Assembly (NCBI RefSeq): GCF_003334385.1
Contig: NZ_QOWN01000005.1
Reading direction: 5' to 3' (one strand)
Source: Escherichia coli
GTDB taxonomy: Bacteria; Pseudomonadota; Gammaproteobacteria; Enterobacterales; Enterobacteriaceae
Length of the DNA stretch: 64,000 bases
The notes beneath the pieces are model-generated. The model was not told where the DNA came from and did no database searches. It worked only from the letters and a program-made list of their open reading frames with translations. This document shows, one piece after another, positions 1-10,072 of this stretch; positions within the stretch are counted from its first letter, which is position 1; each line of letters opens with the position of its first letter. A program made the translations under genes and the position numbers.

Positions 1-62
1 TTTTTCGTCTTGCGACGTTAAGAATCCGTATCTTCGAGTGCCCACACAGATTGTCTGATAAA

Positions 63-75
63 TTGTTAAAGAGCA
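63..75 (-). promoter_or_regulatory. rRNA leader boxA antitermination motif (TGCTCTTTAACAA read on the minus strand)
   Basis: Minus-strand sequence matches the conserved rrn leader boxA; the surrounding leader (CAATTTATCAGACAATCTGTGTGGGCACTCGAAGATACGG) matches E. coli rrn leaders. The 16S gene would lie beyond coordinate 1. Confidence 0.7.
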
Positions 76-115
76 GTTGCGACGCGGCTTTCAGCTCACT
101 GTCGCGAGGTGGCGT

Positions 116-143
116 ATATTACGCTTTCCTCTTTCAGAGTCAA
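116..143 (-). promoter_or_regulatory. rrn P2 promoter (-35 TTGACT, 16-bp spacer, -10 TAATAT on the minus strand)
   Basis: Minus-strand GGTTGACTCTGAAAGAGGAAAGCGTAATATACGCC closely resembles the rrnB P2 promoter. Confidence 0.7.
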
Positions 144-225
144 CCCTGAATTTCAGGATTTTTCTCTTCAACCGAACCGGCTGTTTGTGTGAAGTGATTC
201 ACATCCGCCGTGTCGATGGAGGCGC

Positions 226-280
226 ATTATAGGGAGTCGGCTCAGGAAGACAAGCGGAAAAATGCATTTTTATTTCAACC
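226..280 (-). promoter_or_regulatory. rrn P1 promoter (-35 TTGTCT at 248-253, 16-bp spacer, -10 TATAAT at 226-231) with A/T-rich UP-element-like tract upstream (about 255-280)
   Basis: Minus-strand TTGTCTTCCTGAGCCGACTCCCTATAATGCGCC is near-identical to the rrnB P1 core (TTGTCAGGCCGGAATAACTCCCTATAATGCGCC); the upstream stretch is A/T-rich. Confidence 0.75.
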
Positions 281-293
281 GCTCATCTTTTAA

Positions 294-869
294 TCATTGT
301 GCCGGTTTTTGCTGCTTTTTTATCGCTTGCGGCAGGTCTGCCAGGCTATTTAACACCCAATCCGCCGCGTTTTCTGCTTCAGGCGTAATAGGTTTACCCG
401 TACGCACCAGCACTTTTGTTCCCACGTTCGCCGCAACCGCTGCCTGCATATCTTCTAATTTATCGCCCACCATATAAGAAGCGGCCATATCAATATGCAA
501 ATAATCGCGTGCTGACAAAAGCATCCCCGGATGTGGTTTGCGGCAATCGCAGACCTGGCGAAACTCTTCAACACTACCCTGCGGATGATGCGGGCAATAA
601 TAGATACCATCCAGATCGACATCTCGGTCCGCCAGCGACCAGTCCATCCACTCGGTCAGCGTTTCAAACTGTGCTTCGGTAAATTTACCGCGAGCAATGC
701 CAGACTGGTTGGTTACTACCACCAGCGCAAAGCCCATTTTTTTTAGCTCGCGCATGGCGTCAATAACACCGTCGATAAATTCAAAGTTGTCGATCTCATG
801 GACATAGCCGTGATCGACATTAATGGTGCCATCACGGTCAAGAAAAATTGCGGGTACGCTCTTCGCCAC
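294..869 (-). CDS. gmhB: D-glycero-beta-D-manno-heptose-1,7-bisphosphate 7-phosphatase
   Basis: 191-aa ORF starting [26 protein letters not shown]-phosphatase DxDGT motif, recognised as GmhB. The start codon reads GTG in the DNA. Confidence 0.93.
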
Positions 870-958
870 CTTTTATAGCTCCTTAATAAGGCATGTGACG
901 CTAGTATCGCATGTTTCGACCTGCAAGAAAGTGCTCTTCGCATAAACCTGATTGATTT

Positions 959-966
959 AGACGTCT
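959..966. promoter_or_regulatory. candidate MetJ box (AGACGTCT) in the gmhB-metN divergent spacer
   Basis: Perfect palindromic 8-mer AGACGTCT about 90 bp upstream of metN; flanking 8-mers match the met-box consensus only partially. Confidence 0.45.
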
Positions 967-1056
967 GGATGCCTTAACATCCATTTCATTGACGGCGTTG
1001 CCCGTTTCAGGCATTCGAGATGCCACGACTAACTTAATGACGATAATAAATAATCA

Positions 1057-2088
1057 ATGATAAAACTTTCGAATATCACCAAAGTGTTCCACCAGGGCAC
1101 CCGCACCATCCAGGCGTTGAACAACGTCAGCCTGCATGTGCCAGCTGGACAAATTTATGGCGTTATCGGTGCCTCAGGCGCGGGTAAGAGTACGCTTATA
1201 CGTTGTGTAAACCTGCTGGAGCGCCCAACCGAGGGTAGCGTGCTGGTCGATGGCCAGGAACTGACCACGCTGTCAGAATCCGAGTTGACCAAAGCTCGCC
1301 GCCAGATTGGTATGATTTTCCAGCATTTTAACCTGCTCTCTTCGCGTACTGTTTTTGGCAACGTGGCTCTGCCGCTGGAGCTGGACAACACACCGAAAGA
1401 CGAGGTCAAACGTCGCGTGACGGAATTGCTGTCATTGGTTGGTCTTGGCGATAAGCATGATAGCTACCCGTCGAATCTTTCCGGTGGGCAGAAACAACGT
1501 GTGGCAATTGCCCGTGCGTTAGCCAGCAATCCCAAAGTATTGCTGTGTGATGAAGCCACCAGCGCGCTGGACCCGGCAACGACACGTTCTATTCTCGAAC
1601 TGCTGAAAGACATCAACCGCCGTCTGGGGTTGACGATTCTGTTGATCACCCACGAAATGGACGTTGTGAAGCGCATTTGTGATTGCGTGGCGGTCATCAG
1701 CAATGGAGAACTGATCGAGCAGGACACGGTAAGTGAAGTGTTCTCGCATCCGAAAACGCCGCTGGCGCAGAAGTTTATTCAGTCGACCCTGCATCTGGAT
1801 ATCCCGGAAGATTACCAGGAACGTCTGCAAGCGGAGCCATTTACTGACTGCGTGCCGATGCTGCGTCTGGAGTTTACCGGTCAATCGGTCGATGCCCCAC
1901 TGCTTTCTGAAACCGCGCGTCGTTTCAACGTCAACAACAACATTATTAGCGCGCAGATGGATTACGCCGGTGGCGTTAAGTTCGGCATCATGCTGACTGA
2001 AATGCACGGCACACAACAAGATACGCAAGCCGCCATTGCCTGGCTGCAGGAACACCATGTAAAAGTAGAGGTACTGGGTTATGTCTGA
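1057..2088 (+). CDS. metN: methionine ABC transporter ATP-binding protein
   Basis: 343-aa ORF with Walker [10 protein letters not shown] and ABC signature LSGGQKQRV; recognised as MetN. Overlaps metI by 8 nt. Confidence 0.95.
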   Translation: MIKLSNITKVFHQGTRTIQALNNVSLHVPAGQIYGVIGASGAGKSTLIRCVNLLERPTEGSVLVDGQELTTLSESELTKARRQIGMIFQHFNLLSSRTVFGNVALPLELDNTPKDEVKRRVTELLSLVGLGDKHDSYPSNLSGGQKQRVAIARALASNPKVLLCDEATSALDPATTRSILELLKDINRRLGLTILLITHEMDVVKRICDCVAVISNGELIEQDTVSEVFSHPKTPLAQKFIQSTLHLDIPEDYQERLQAEPFTDCVPMLRLEFTGQSVDAPLLSETARRFNVNNNIISAQMDYAGGVKFGIMLTEMHGTQQDTQAAIAWLQEHHVKVEVLGYV

Positions 2089-2734
2089 GCCGATGATGTG
2101 GCTGCTGGTTCGTGGCGTATGGGAAACGCTGGCAATGACCTTCGTATCCGGTTTTTTTGGCTTTGTGATTGGTCTGCCGGTTGGCGTTCTGCTTTATGTC
2201 ACGCGTCCGGGGCAAATTATTGCTAACGCGAAGCTGTATCGTACCGTTTCTGCGATTGTGAACATTTTCCGTTCCATCCCGTTCATTATCTTGCTTGTAT
2301 GGATGATTCCGTTTACCCGCGTTATTGTCGGTACATCGATTGGTTTGCAGGCAGCGATTGTTCCGTTAACCGTTGGTGCAGCACCGTTTATTGCCCGTAT
2401 GGTCGAGAACGCTCTGCTGGAGATCCCAACCGGGTTAATTGAAGCTTCCCGCGCAATGGGTGCCACGCCGATGCAGATCGTCCGTAAGGTGCTGTTACCG
2501 GAAGCGCTGCCGGGTCTGGTGAATGCGGCAACTATCACCCTGATTACCCTGGTCGGTTATTCCGCGATGGGTGGTGCAGTCGGTGCCGGTGGTTTAGGTC
2601 AGATTGGCTATCAGTATGGCTACATCGGCTATAACGCGACGGTGATGAATACGGTACTGGTATTGCTGGTCATTCTGGTTTATTTAATTCAGTTCGCAGG
2701 CGACCGCATCGTCCGGGCTGTCACTCGCAAGTAA
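2081..2734 (+). CDS. metI: methionine ABC transporter permease
   Basis: 217-aa hydrophobic ORF starting [21 protein letters not shown]; recognised as MetI. Confidence 0.95.
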   Translation: MSEPMMWLLVRGVWETLAMTFVSGFFGFVIGLPVGVLLYVTRPGQIIANAKLYRTVSAIVNIFRSIPFIILLVWMIPFTRVIVGTSIGLQAAIVPLTVGAAPFIARMVENALLEIPTGLIEASRAMGATPMQIVRKVLLPEALPGLVNAATITLITLVGYSAMGGAVGAGGLGQIGYQYGYIGYNATVMNTVLVLLVILVYLIQFAGDRIVRAVTRK

Positions 2735-2773
2735 CGTTCAACACAACATAAATAATTGAAGAAGGAATAAGGT

Positions 2774-3589
2774 ATGGCGTTCAAATTCAAAACCTTTGCG
2801 GCAGTGGGAGCCCTGATCGGATCACTGGCACTGGTAGGCTGCGGTCAGGATGAAAAAGATCCAAACCACATTAAAGTCGGCGTGATTGTTGGTGCCGAAC
2901 AGCAGGTTGCAGAAGTCGCGCAGAAAGTTGCGAAAGACAAATATGGCCTGGACGTTGAGCTGGTAACCTTCAACGACTATGTTCTGCCAAACGAAGCATT
3001 GAGCAAAGGCGATATCGACGCCAACGCCTTCCAGCATAAACCGTACCTTGATCAGCAACTGAAAGATCGTGGCTACAAACTGGTCGCAGTAGGCAACACT
3101 TTTGTTTATCCGATTGCTGGTTACTCCAAGAAAATCAAATCACTGGATGAACTGCAGGATGGTTCGCAGGTTGCCGTGCCAAACGACCCAACTAACCTTG
3201 GTCGTTCACTGCTGCTGCTGCAAAAAGTGGGCTTGATCAAACTGAAAGATGGCGTTGGCCTGCTGCCGACCGTTCTTGATGTTGTTGAGAACCCCAAAAA
3301 TCTGAAAATTGTTGAACTGGAAGCACCGCAACTGCCGCGTTCTCTGGACGACGCGCAAATCGCTCTGGCAGTTATCAATACCACCTATGCCAGCCAGATT
3401 GGCCTGACTCCGGCGAAAGACGGTATCTTTGTTGAAGATAAAGAGTCCCCGTACGTAAACCTGATCGTGACGCGTGAAGATAACAAAGACGCCGAGAACG
3501 TGAAGAAATTCGTCCAGGCTTATCAGTCTGACGAAGTTTACGAAGCAGCAAACAAAGTGTTTAACGGCGGAGCTGTTAAAGGCTGGTAA
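2774..3589 (+). CDS. metQ: methionine-binding lipoprotein
   Basis: 271-aa ORF with lipoprotein signal (LALVGC); recognised as MetQ. Confidence 0.95.
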   Translation: MAFKFKTFAAVGALIGSLALVGCGQDEKDPNHIKVGVIVGAEQQVAEVAQKVAKDKYGLDVELVTFNDYVLPNEALSKGDIDANAFQHKPYLDQQLKDRGYKLVAVGNTFVYPIAGYSKKIKSLDELQDGSQVAVPNDPTNLGRSLLLLQKVGLIKLKDGVGLLPTVLDVVENPKNLKIVELEAPQLPRSLDDAQIALAVINTTYASQIGLTPAKDGIFVEDKESPYVNLIVTREDNKDAENVKKFVQAYQSDEVYEAANKVFNGGAVKGW

Positions 3590-3626
3590 TTTTTAGGCTG
3601 TTTCCACAATTTGTAATATCATTCAG

Positions 3627-3655
3627 GACGGGCGCTTGCCCGTCTTGTCATTTTT
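3627..3655 (+). terminator. intrinsic terminator after metQ
   Basis: GC-rich hairpin GACGGGCGCTTGCCCGTC followed by a T-rich tract (TTGTCATTTTT). Confidence 0.65.
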
Positions 3656-3706
3656 ACAAGCTCCTGATTCAATATTGACGTTTTGATCATACATTGAGGA
3701 AATACT

Positions 3707-4111
3707 ATGCGTGCTTTACCGATCTGTTTAGTAGCACTCATGCTAAGCGGCTGTTCCATGTTAAGCAGATCCCCTGTCGAACCCGTTCAAAGCACTGCAC
3801 CCCAGCCGAAAGCGGAGCCTGCAAAACCGAAAGCGCCGCGCGCCACGCCGGTCCGAATTTATACCAATGCAGAAGAATTAGTCGGCAAACCGTTCCGCGA
3901 TCTCGGTGAAGTCAGTGGCGACTCTTGCCAGGCCTCTAATCAGGACTCTCCGCCGAGCATTCCAACCGCACGTAAGCGGATGCAAATCAACGCCTCTAAA
4001 ATGAAAGCCAATGCTGTATTACTGCATAGCTGCGAAGTCACCAGCGGTACGCCAGGCTGCTATCGTCAGGCTGTATGTATCGGTTCTGCGCTTAACATTA
4101 CGGCGAAATGA
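3707..4111 (+). CDS. rcsF: outer-membrane lipoprotein RcsF (Rcs envelope-stress sensor)
   Basis: 134-aa ORF starting MRALPICLVALMLSGCSM with proline-rich linker; recognised as RcsF. Confidence 0.95.
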   Translation: MRALPICLVALMLSGCSMLSRSPVEPVQSTAPQPKAEPAKPKAPRATPVRIYTNAEELVGKPFRDLGEVSGDSCQASNQDSPPSIPTARKRMQINASKMKANAVLLHSCEVTSGTPGCYRQAVCIGSALNITAK

Positions 4112-4815
4112 GCAGTTTCCAGTTCGAGCAAATAGGCGTTATTCGCTCGCCCTATAAAGAAAAGTTCGCCGTTCCGCGCCAGCCAGGTCTGGTAAAAAGC
4201 GCCAACGGCGAACTGCATCTCATTGCTCCCTACAACCAGGCCGACGCCGTTCGCGGCCTGGAAGCGTTCAGCCATTTATGGATCCTTTTCGTCTTTCATC
4301 AAACGATGGAAGGCGGCTGGCGTCCGACTGTGCGTCCACCGCGCCTCGGCGGTAACGCCAGAATGGGGGTTTTCGCAACACGCTCTACTTTCCGCCCTAA
4401 CCCAATTGGCATGTCGCTGGTAGAGCTGAAAGAGGTTGTTTGCCATAAAGACAGCGTGATTCTGAAGCTCGGCAGTCTGGATCTGGTCGATGGTACGCCG
4501 GTAGTGGATATCAAACCGTATCTCCCCTTTGCCGAATCGCTTCCCGATGCCAGTGCCAGCTATGCGCAAAGTGCGCCAGCTGCAGAGATGGCGGTGAGTT
4601 TTACCGCAGAGGTCGAAAAGCAGCTTTTGACGCTGGAGAAGCGTTATCCGCAGTTAACGCTGTTTATCCGCGAAGTACTGGCGCAGGACCCGCGCCCGGC
4701 CTATCGTAAAGGTGAGGAAACGGGCAAAACCTATGCCGTCTGGCTACATGATTTTAACGTTCGCTGGCGCGTCACCGACGCAGGTTTTGAAGTCTTTGCG
4801 CTGGAACCGCGTTAA
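4108..4815 (+). CDS. trmO: tRNA m6t6A37 methyltransferase (YaeB/TsaA family)
   Basis: 235-aa ORF starting MSSFQFEQIGVIRSPYKEKFAVPRQPG; recognised as YaeB/TrmO. Its ATG overlaps the rcsF stop (ATGA). Confidence 0.92.
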   Translation: MSSFQFEQIGVIRSPYKEKFAVPRQPGLVKSANGELHLIAPYNQADAVRGLEAFSHLWILFVFHQTMEGGWRPTVRPPRLGGNARMGVFATRSTFRPNPIGMSLVELKEVVCHKDSVILKLGSLDLVDGTPVVDIKPYLPFAESLPDASASYAQSAPAAEMAVSFTAEVEKQLLTLEKRYPQLTLFIREVLAQDPRPAYRKGEETGKTYAVWLHDFNVRWRVTDAGFEVFALEPR

Positions 4816-4926
4816 ATTCACGCCCTTCTCTTTTGACATTTCTTTTGCACTGGTAAACTAAATCACTTTTTTTTGTCCCAGGCTCGCCTTGAGCCTGTTC
4901 TACCTTCCAACTGGAACCGTAACAAC

Positions 4927-6645
4927 ATGCGTACTAGCCAATACCTGCTCTCCACTCTCAAGGAGACACCTGCCGACGCCGAGGTGATCAGCCATCAGCT
5001 GATGCTGCGCGCCGGGATGATCCGCAAGCTGGCCTCCGGGTTATATACCTGGCTGCCGACCGGCGTGCGCGTTCTGAAAAAAGTCGAAAACATCGTGCGT
5101 GAAGAGATGAACAACGCCGGTGCGATCGAGGTGTCGATGCCGGTGGTTCAGCCAGCCGATTTGTGGCAAGAGAGTGGTCGTTGGGAACAGTACGGTCCGG
5201 AACTGCTGCGTTTTGTTGACCGTGGCGAGCGTCCGTTCGTACTCGGCCCAACTCATGAAGAAGTTATCACTGACCTGATTCGTAACGAGCTTAGCTCTTA
5301 CAAACAGCTGCCGCTGAACTTCTATCAGATCCAGACCAAGTTCCGCGACGAAGTGCGTCCGCGTTTCGGCGTCATGCGTTCCCGCGAATTCCTGATGAAA
5401 GATGCTTACTCTTTCCATACTTCTCAGGAATCCCTGCAGGAAACCTACGATGCAATGTATGCGGCCTACAGCAAAATCTTCAGCCGCATGGGGCTGGATT
5501 TCCGCGCCGTACAAGCCGACACCGGTTCTATCGGCGGCAGCGCCTCTCACGAATTCCAGGTGCTGGCGCAGAGCGGTGAAGACGATGTGGTCTTCTCCGA
5601 CACCTCTGACTATGCAGCGAACATTGAACTGGCAGAAGCTATCGCGCCGAAAGAACCGCGCGCTGCTGCTACCCAGGAAATGACGCTGGTTGATACGCCG
5701 AACGCGAAAACCATCGCGGAACTGGTTGAACAGTTCAATCTGCCGATTGAGAAAACGGTTAAGACTCTGCTGGTTAAAGCGGTTGAAGGCAGCAGCTTCC
5801 CGCTGGTTGCGCTGCTGGTGCGCGGTGATCACGAGCTGAACGAAGTTAAAGCAGAAAAACTGCCGCAGGTTGCAAGCCCGCTGACTTTCGCGACCGAAGA
5901 AGAAATTCGTGCCGTGGTTAAAGCCGGTCCGGGTTCACTGGGTCCGGTAAACATGCCGATTCCGGTGGTGATTGACCGTACCGTTGCGGCGATGAGTGAT
6001 TTCGCTGCTGGTGCTAACATCGATGGTAAACACTACTTCGGCATCAACTGGGATCGCGATGTCGCTACCCCGGAAGTTGCAGATATCCGTAACGTGGTGG
6101 CTGGCGATCCAAGCCCGGATGGCCAGGGTACGCTGCTGATCAAACGTGGTATCGAAGTTGGTCACATCTTCCAGCTGGGTACCAAGTACTCCGAAGCACT
6201 GAAAGCCTCCGTACAGGGTGAAGATGGCCGTAACCAAATCCTGACGATGGGTTGCTACGGTATCGGGGTAACGCGTGTGGTAGCTGCGGCGATTGAGCAG
6301 AACTACGACGAACGAGGCATCGTATGGCCTGACGCTATCGCGCCGTTCCAGGTGGCGATTCTGCCGATGAACATGCACAAATCCTTCCGCGTACAAGAGC
6401 TTGCTGAGAAACTGTACAGCGAACTGCGTGCACAAGGTATCGAAGTGCTGCTGGATGACCGCAAAGAGCGTCCGGGCGTGATGTTTGCTGATATGGAACT
6501 GATCGGTATTCCGCACACTATTGTGCTGGGCGACCGTAACCTCGACAACGACGATATCGAATATAAATATCGTCGCAACGGCGAGAAACAGTTAATTAAG
6601 ACTGGTGACATCGTCGAATATCTGGTGAAACAGATTAAAGGCTGA
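4927..6645 (+). CDS. proS: proline--tRNA ligase
   Basis: Recognised as ProS (572 aa) from [20 protein letters not shown]. The ORF track extends 18 codons upstream from 4873; the ATG at 4927 gives the known N-terminus. Confidence 0.93.
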
Positions 6646-6654
6646 TGCCAGAAA

Positions 6655-6682
6655 GGGGCCTGAATTTCAGGGCCCTTTTTTT
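6655..6682 (+). terminator. intrinsic terminator after proS
   Basis: Hairpin GGGGCCTGAATTTCAGGGCCC followed by T7. Confidence 0.7.
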
Positions 6683-6698
6683 ACATGGATTGTATAAA

Positions 6699-7523
6699 AT
6701 GGATAAACCAAAGGCGTACTGCCGCCTGTTTCTCCCCAGCTTTCTTTTACTTTCGGCTTGTACCGTTGATATCAGCCAGCCAGACCCATCAGCCACAGCA
6801 GTAGATGCCGAGGCAAAAACATGGGCTGTCAAATTCCAGCATCAAAGCTCTTTCACCGAACAATCAATAAAAGAAATAACGGCACCTGATCTCAAACCCG
6901 GCGATTTGCTGTTCTCCTCAAGCCTTGGGGTAACCTCATTTGGAATCCGCGTCTTCAGCACTTCCTCTGTGAGTCACGTTGCAATCTTTCTGGGTGATAA
7001 TAACGTTGCAGAAGCGACAGGCGCTGGCGTCCAGATCGTTTCCCTTAAAAAAGCGATGAAGCATAGTGATAAGCTTTTCGTCTTACGAGTCCCGGATCTT
7101 ACCCCGCAACAAGCCACAGATATCACCGCGTTTGCCAATAAAATCAAAGATAGCGGTTATAACTATCGCGGCATTGTCGAATTTATTCCCTTTATGGTGA
7201 CTCGCCAGATGTGCTCACTGAATCCGTTCTCCGAGGATTTTCACCAACAGTGCGTCAGCGGCCTGGCGAAAGCGCAGTTAAGCAGTGTGGGCGAAGGAGA
7301 CAAAAAGTCGTGGTTTTGTTCGGAATTTGTCACGGATGCCTTTGCCAAAGCCGGGCATCCACTTACACTGGCGCAATCGGGCTGGATTAGCCCTGCCGAT
7401 CTGATGCATATGCGTATTGGTGATGTCTCTGCGTTTAAGCCAGAAACGCAGTTACAGTATGTTGGGCACCTGAAGCCTGGGATTTATATCAAGGCGGGTC
7501 GCTTTGTTGGTTTGACCCGGTGA
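6699..7523 (+). CDS. yaeF: putative lipoprotein YaeF (NlpC/P60-like peptidase family)
   Basis: ORF recognised as YaeF; start chosen at the ATG giving MDKPKAYCRLFLPSFLLLSACTV (lipobox), 274 aa. The track start at 6645 would overlap the proS terminator. Confidence 0.85.
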   Translation: MDKPKAYCRLFLPSFLLLSACTVDISQPDPSATAVDAEAKTWAVKFQHQSSFTEQSIKEITAPDLKPGDLLFSSSLGVTSFGIRVFSTSSVSHVAIFLGDNNVAEATGAGVQIVSLKKAMKHSDKLFVLRVPDLTPQQATDITAFANKIKDSGYNYRGIVEFIPFMVTRQMCSLNPFSEDFHQQCVSGLAKAQLSSVGEGDKKSWFCSEFVTDAFAKAGHPLTLAQSGWISPADLMHMRIGDVSAFKPETQLQYVGHLKPGIYIKAGRFVGLTR

Positions 7524-7529
7524 TAAAGT

Positions 7530-7650
<121 letters not shown>

Positions 7651-7722
7651 AAACGTGCAAATTCAAAATGTTGAAATATATCCTTCTGGCCTGTTTTGCG
7701 TTTGTTTCTGTCTCAAGACGGG

Positions 7723-8433
7723 TTACTGCCCCAAACTACTGCAATCCTGGTTGGGGTAAAATTTCCCTGCCGTATCGGGTGCCAATACTTTAGTCGGCGC
7801 ACCGGTATCCGGATTACCCTCAAGCGTAAAGTGACCTTCTACTGACAGTAACACCGGTTTTTCACTGTGACCGCGCGCAGCCAGGTAGCTACGCTCCAGC
7901 TCTGCGTTATTCGCTACCATGAAACGTTTTCCGGTCGCGCAATCAGTGAAGGTCGCCGCATCAGCCATATAAAAATACATGCCCCGCAGGGTCATCGGCG
8001 TCATAGGTAAACTGGATTGTGCCGCTTCCAGCGTATAGTTGAACTGCGATTCAATCGGATTGCCTTCACGATCGAGCATCTCCAGCGCATCGCCTTTCGC
8101 CCGATAATATGACTTTTCACCTTTGCTGTCGGTTAATACCAGCTTGTCAGCGGTTCGCGCCCATGTACCGTAGGAAGCGAAGGAGGAAGGTTCTTCACGA
8201 GCACCGAGATAACGCTCATTCATCACCCATGTTCCGTCTTTTTCGAGGAACAGAGAGGTTTCGATTCCTTCGCAATCGGCACACGGCAGCACGCCGCGCC
8301 AACTTTGCGGCATCGGTTTCAGTTCGGCAGCCTGCGCCGGAGAAAGCGTATCGACTTCGGCCCGATTATTACATCCCATCAGAGTAAAGAGGCTGATTAC
8401 AGCCATCGCTGTCACTATCGCTTTTTTCACCAT
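7723..8433 (-). CDS. nlpE: envelope-stress lipoprotein NlpE (CutF), Cpx pathway activator
   Basis: 236-aa ORF starting MVKKAIVTAMAVISLFTLMGC with a CxxC motif; recognised as NlpE. Confidence 0.95.
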   Translation of the reverse strand: MVKKAIVTAMAVISLFTLMGCNNRAEVDTLSPAQAAELKPMPQSWRGVLPCADCEGIETSLFLEKDGTWVMNERYLGAREEPSSFASYGTWARTADKLVLTDSKGEKSYYRAKGDALEMLDREGNPIESQFNYTLEAAQSSLPMTPMTLRGMYFYMADAATFTDCATGKRFMVANNAELERSYLAARGHSEKPVLLSVEGHFTLEGNPDTGAPTKVLAPDTAGKFYPNQDCSSLGQ

Positions 8434-8446
8434 CCATTCCTTCTTT

Positions 8447-8869
8447 TTATTCCCGACCGCTGCGCACTTTGCCGCGCATCGCCTTCACGCTTGATTTTTG
8501 TGCTTTCGATGCCAGCCTGCGCTCTTTCGATGCACGGGTGGGCCGCGTGGGTCGTCGGGCTTTTTTTTCTGTTGTTAATTCTTTAATCATAGCCACCAGC
8601 CGGGCCAGAGCTGCTTCGCGGTTCAGTTCCTGACTGCGGTATTCCTGTGCCTTAATGACAATCACGCCATCACTGCTGATCAAATGATGGCTGGCGGCGA
8701 GCAGACGCTCTTTGTAATACTCTGGCAGGCTGGACGCCCGAATGTCAAAACGCAGATGAATAGCCGTTGAGGTCTTATTAACATGCTGCCCGCCCGCGCC
8801 CTGCGCACGAATGGCGGTGATCTCAAGCTCACCATCGGGAATAGCAACATGTCGGGAAATCACAATCAT
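8447..8869 (-). CDS. arfB: ribosome-rescue peptidyl-tRNA hydrolase ArfB (YaeJ)
   Basis: 140-aa ORF with GGQ motif ([10 protein letters not shown]) and basic C-terminal tail; recognised as ArfB. Confidence 0.95.
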
Positions 8870-9411
8870 GAAGGTTGTTGCCAGGCGGTTAAGTTCACTT
8901 CCAGATTATTCTTATCATCCGATAACCAGATCACGCCATCCTGAATCGTTGCCTGCAGCGTCATGGTACGATCGGCAAAGGCGCTTACTTTCGCCAGTTG
9001 TTCATCGTCCAGATACCAGACGGAAAGATTGGCAAACTGCACACATTTGCTCTGATTTTGCTGCCACCAGATTTGCGCCGCCCGACTATTATAGGTAAAC
9101 AGCGCCACTTCTGCGGCCTGGGTGCAGGCTTTCTTAATCCGCCGCTCATCCGGCAGCCCCAGCTCAATCCACAAATCAATGCCCAGGTGATCGTTACGCA
9201 GCCACGCTTCCGGCTCATCATCGGCACACAAACCACGGGTAAATTGCAGACGTTCATCAGCATATTTCAGCCACGCCAGCAAGCGCAGCATCATACGCTC
9301 CTGGGTTTCTGAAGGATGGCGCGCCAGCGTCAGAGAGGCATCGAGAAACTGGTTGCGGTCGAGATCGGCCACATTAACCGTCGCTTTATAAATTGTCGCT
9401 TTAAGCGCCAT
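8866..9411 (-). CDS. yaeQ: YaeQ family protein
   Basis: 181-aa ORF starting [22 protein letters not shown]; recognised as YaeQ. Overlaps the arfB start by 4 nt. Confidence 0.93.
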
Positions 9412-9576
9412 AAGAAAACTCCTTTCGAATCAGGAGGCCATTGTAACGGAATACGTGCAGTTGCGGCGCTGATATTGCAGAAATGAGTGTGGTATAGTCA
9501 CCTTGCGAAACAGAGTTTATCTTCGTAGGCTTAGACTTGCATCCACGGTTAAGTCAGAGTGCTGACAGGAGGGCAT

Positions 9577-9777
9577 GTGGAAAAATATTGTGAGTTAATA
9601 CGCAAGCGGTACGCGGAAATCGCCAGCGGAGACTTAGGATACGTTCCGGACGCGCTGGGCTGCGTTTTGAAAGTGCTGAATGAAATGGCTGCCGACGACG
9701 CCCTTTCTGAGGCTGTCAGGGAAAAAGCAGCATACGCTGCGGCAAACTTACTGGTGAGCGATTATGTCAATGAATGA
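9577..9777 (+). CDS. yaeP: UPF0253 small protein YaeP
   Basis: Recognised as YaeP (66 aa, [22 protein letters not shown]). Start assigned to the GTG at 9577, preceded by AGGAGGG; the track ORF begins 6 codons earlier at 9559, which is also GTG. Confidence 0.8.
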
Positions 9778-10024
9778 TACGTATCAACCAATCAATTGTG
9801 ATGATTACGATAATCTTGAGCTCGCCTGCCAGCATCATTTAATGCTGACACTTGAGCTGAAAGATGGCGAAAAATTGCAGGCAAAAGCCAGTGATTTAGT
9901 CTCCCGCAAAAATGTGGAGTACCTGGTCGTCGAGGCCGCTGGCGAAACCCGCGAGCTGCGTCTGGATAAAATTACCAGCTTTAGCCACCCGGAAATCGGT
10001 ACGGTGGTGGTAAGCGAATCCTGA
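9770..10024 (+). CDS. rof: Rho-binding anti-termination protein Rof (YaeO)
   Basis: Recognised as Rof (84 aa, [23 protein letters not shown]). Its start overlaps the yaeP 3' end by 8 nt; the track ORF begins 2 codons earlier. Confidence 0.9.
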
Positions 10025-10033
10025 TTGACTTTC

Positions 10034-10066
10034 GCCGGATGCGACGTTTGATGCGTCTTATCCGGC
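10034..10066. repeat. single REP element between convergent rof and tilS
   Basis: GCCGGATGCGACGTTTGATGCGTCTTATCCGGC, a REP-type imperfect palindrome. Confidence 0.8.
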
Positions 10067-10072
10067 TTTCAC

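Noticed and set aside
262-477. 71-aa plus-strand ORF at the window start
   Set aside because: It overlaps the rrn P1 promoter and UP region and the 3' end of gmhB on the opposite strand; it is cysteine/phenylalanine-rich and implausible as a protein.
4873-4926. N-terminal extensions in the ORF track (proS from 4873, rpsB to 34026, yaeF from 6645, rseP to 27201, cdaR to 41257, erpA to 47125, fhuC to 53966, mrcB to 58987, btuF from 45213, thpR from 61458, dksA from 63080)
   Set aside because: In each case an internal start reproduces the known N-terminus, and the extension would overlap an upstream gene, terminator or promoter. The shorter gene models were used.
5041-5832. 263-aa minus-strand ORF inside proS, and similar antisense ORFs in dnaE (16774-17475), dapD (37764-38423) and bamA
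   Set aside because: Same reasoning: antisense to well-supported genes and no independent signal.
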